From the NCBI GenBank assembly GCA_964016885.1, contig OZ024740.1, positions 224,812,001 through 224,876,000 on the forward strand: 64,000 bases of DNA. Reading direction: 5' to 3'. The notes beneath the pieces are model-generated. The model did not search any database and was not told the origin of the DNA. It worked only from the letters and a program-made list of their open reading frames with translations. Shown here piece after piece: positions 63,440 to 64,000 of this stretch. The stretch is from Eledone cirrhosa. Lineage: Eukaryota. Numbering within the stretch: the first letter of the stretch is position 1; each line of letters opens with the position of its first letter. The position numbers were made by a program, and so were the translations under genes.

Positions 63440-63771
63440 AAAGGCGATGGCACAGGACCGAGACCTCTGGCGTTAAACAGTAATACAGAAGATCCAATTT
63501 CCCATGGGTGCAAGCCGAAGCTGAATCATATAGACAATATGCCTGCACCCCTCCCACTGCAAAGTGATCATGTAGGTGCCACGGTAAAAAAAAGCACCCA
63601 GTATTCACTCTAAATGAGGTTGGTGTTAGGAAGGGCATCCAGCTGTAGAAATCAAGCCAAAATCAGTTCCCATATGAGCAAGACAAAGTCACCCAACCTG
63701 GCATTGCCCACAACAGAACAACCCATCTAACCCATGCAAGCATGGAAGAATGGACATAAAACAATGATGAT
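63440..63771 (+). mobile_element. RTE 3' end / bipartite element
   Basis: MAQDRDLW ORF end, ggtgttaggaagggcatccagctgtag, cccatgcaagcatggaagaatggac tail. Confidence 0.75.
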
Positions 63772-63789
63772 ATATATATATATATCATT

Positions 63790-64000
63790 GGGAGCATATA
63801 ATGGGTTCAAATTAGCACCATTTATCCGAACACAAATACTTGGTCATTCATATAGAGTCATCAGGGTAACAAGAAGCTGACCATTGATCCCATACTCCTG
63901 CAGAATCTTCTAGAGCAGGTCTCAAGGAATGCAGTGATATGCCTTTTTGAGGTCTACAAAACATGAATATACTTCTTGGAAATACTCCCATGGTTTCTCG
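63790..64000 (-). mobile_element. RTE RT fragment running off the window edge
   Basis: EKPWEYFQEVYSCFVDLKKAY. Confidence 0.65.

Overview
AT-rich animal genomic DNA with no confidently identifiable host gene; the SINE and RTE families resemble those of octopod cephalopods (inference from motif recall, not a database search). The window is a dense transposon landscape with three young, well-preserved insertions. (1) A Penelope-like element (12718-18133, minus strand; RT + C-terminal GIY-YIG) bracketed by ~1.55 kb near-identical inverted repeats, each carrying a minimal hammerhead ribozyme, with a 34-bp target-site duplication. (2) A 2-kb non-coding LTR element (24456-26453) whose primer-binding site holds a ~32-36 nt copy of the tRNA-Trp 3' half, with an A58->T change and a duplicated PBS/LTR end; this looks like a fossil of reverse-transcriptase read-through. 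(3) A Tx1/L1-type LINE with an intact ORF2 (44410-49944), followed by a second, diverged Tx1 copy inserted at exactly the same 20-bp site, which suggests target-specific integration. Also present: degenerate RTE LINEs with a PHD-like finger, RTE-derived and tRNA-derived SINEs, CRE, CR1/L2 and Tc1/mariner fragments, MITEs, a 560-bp foldback, an orphan hammerhead motif and many microsatellites. Most short ORFs in the track are microsatellite or antisense artefacts.
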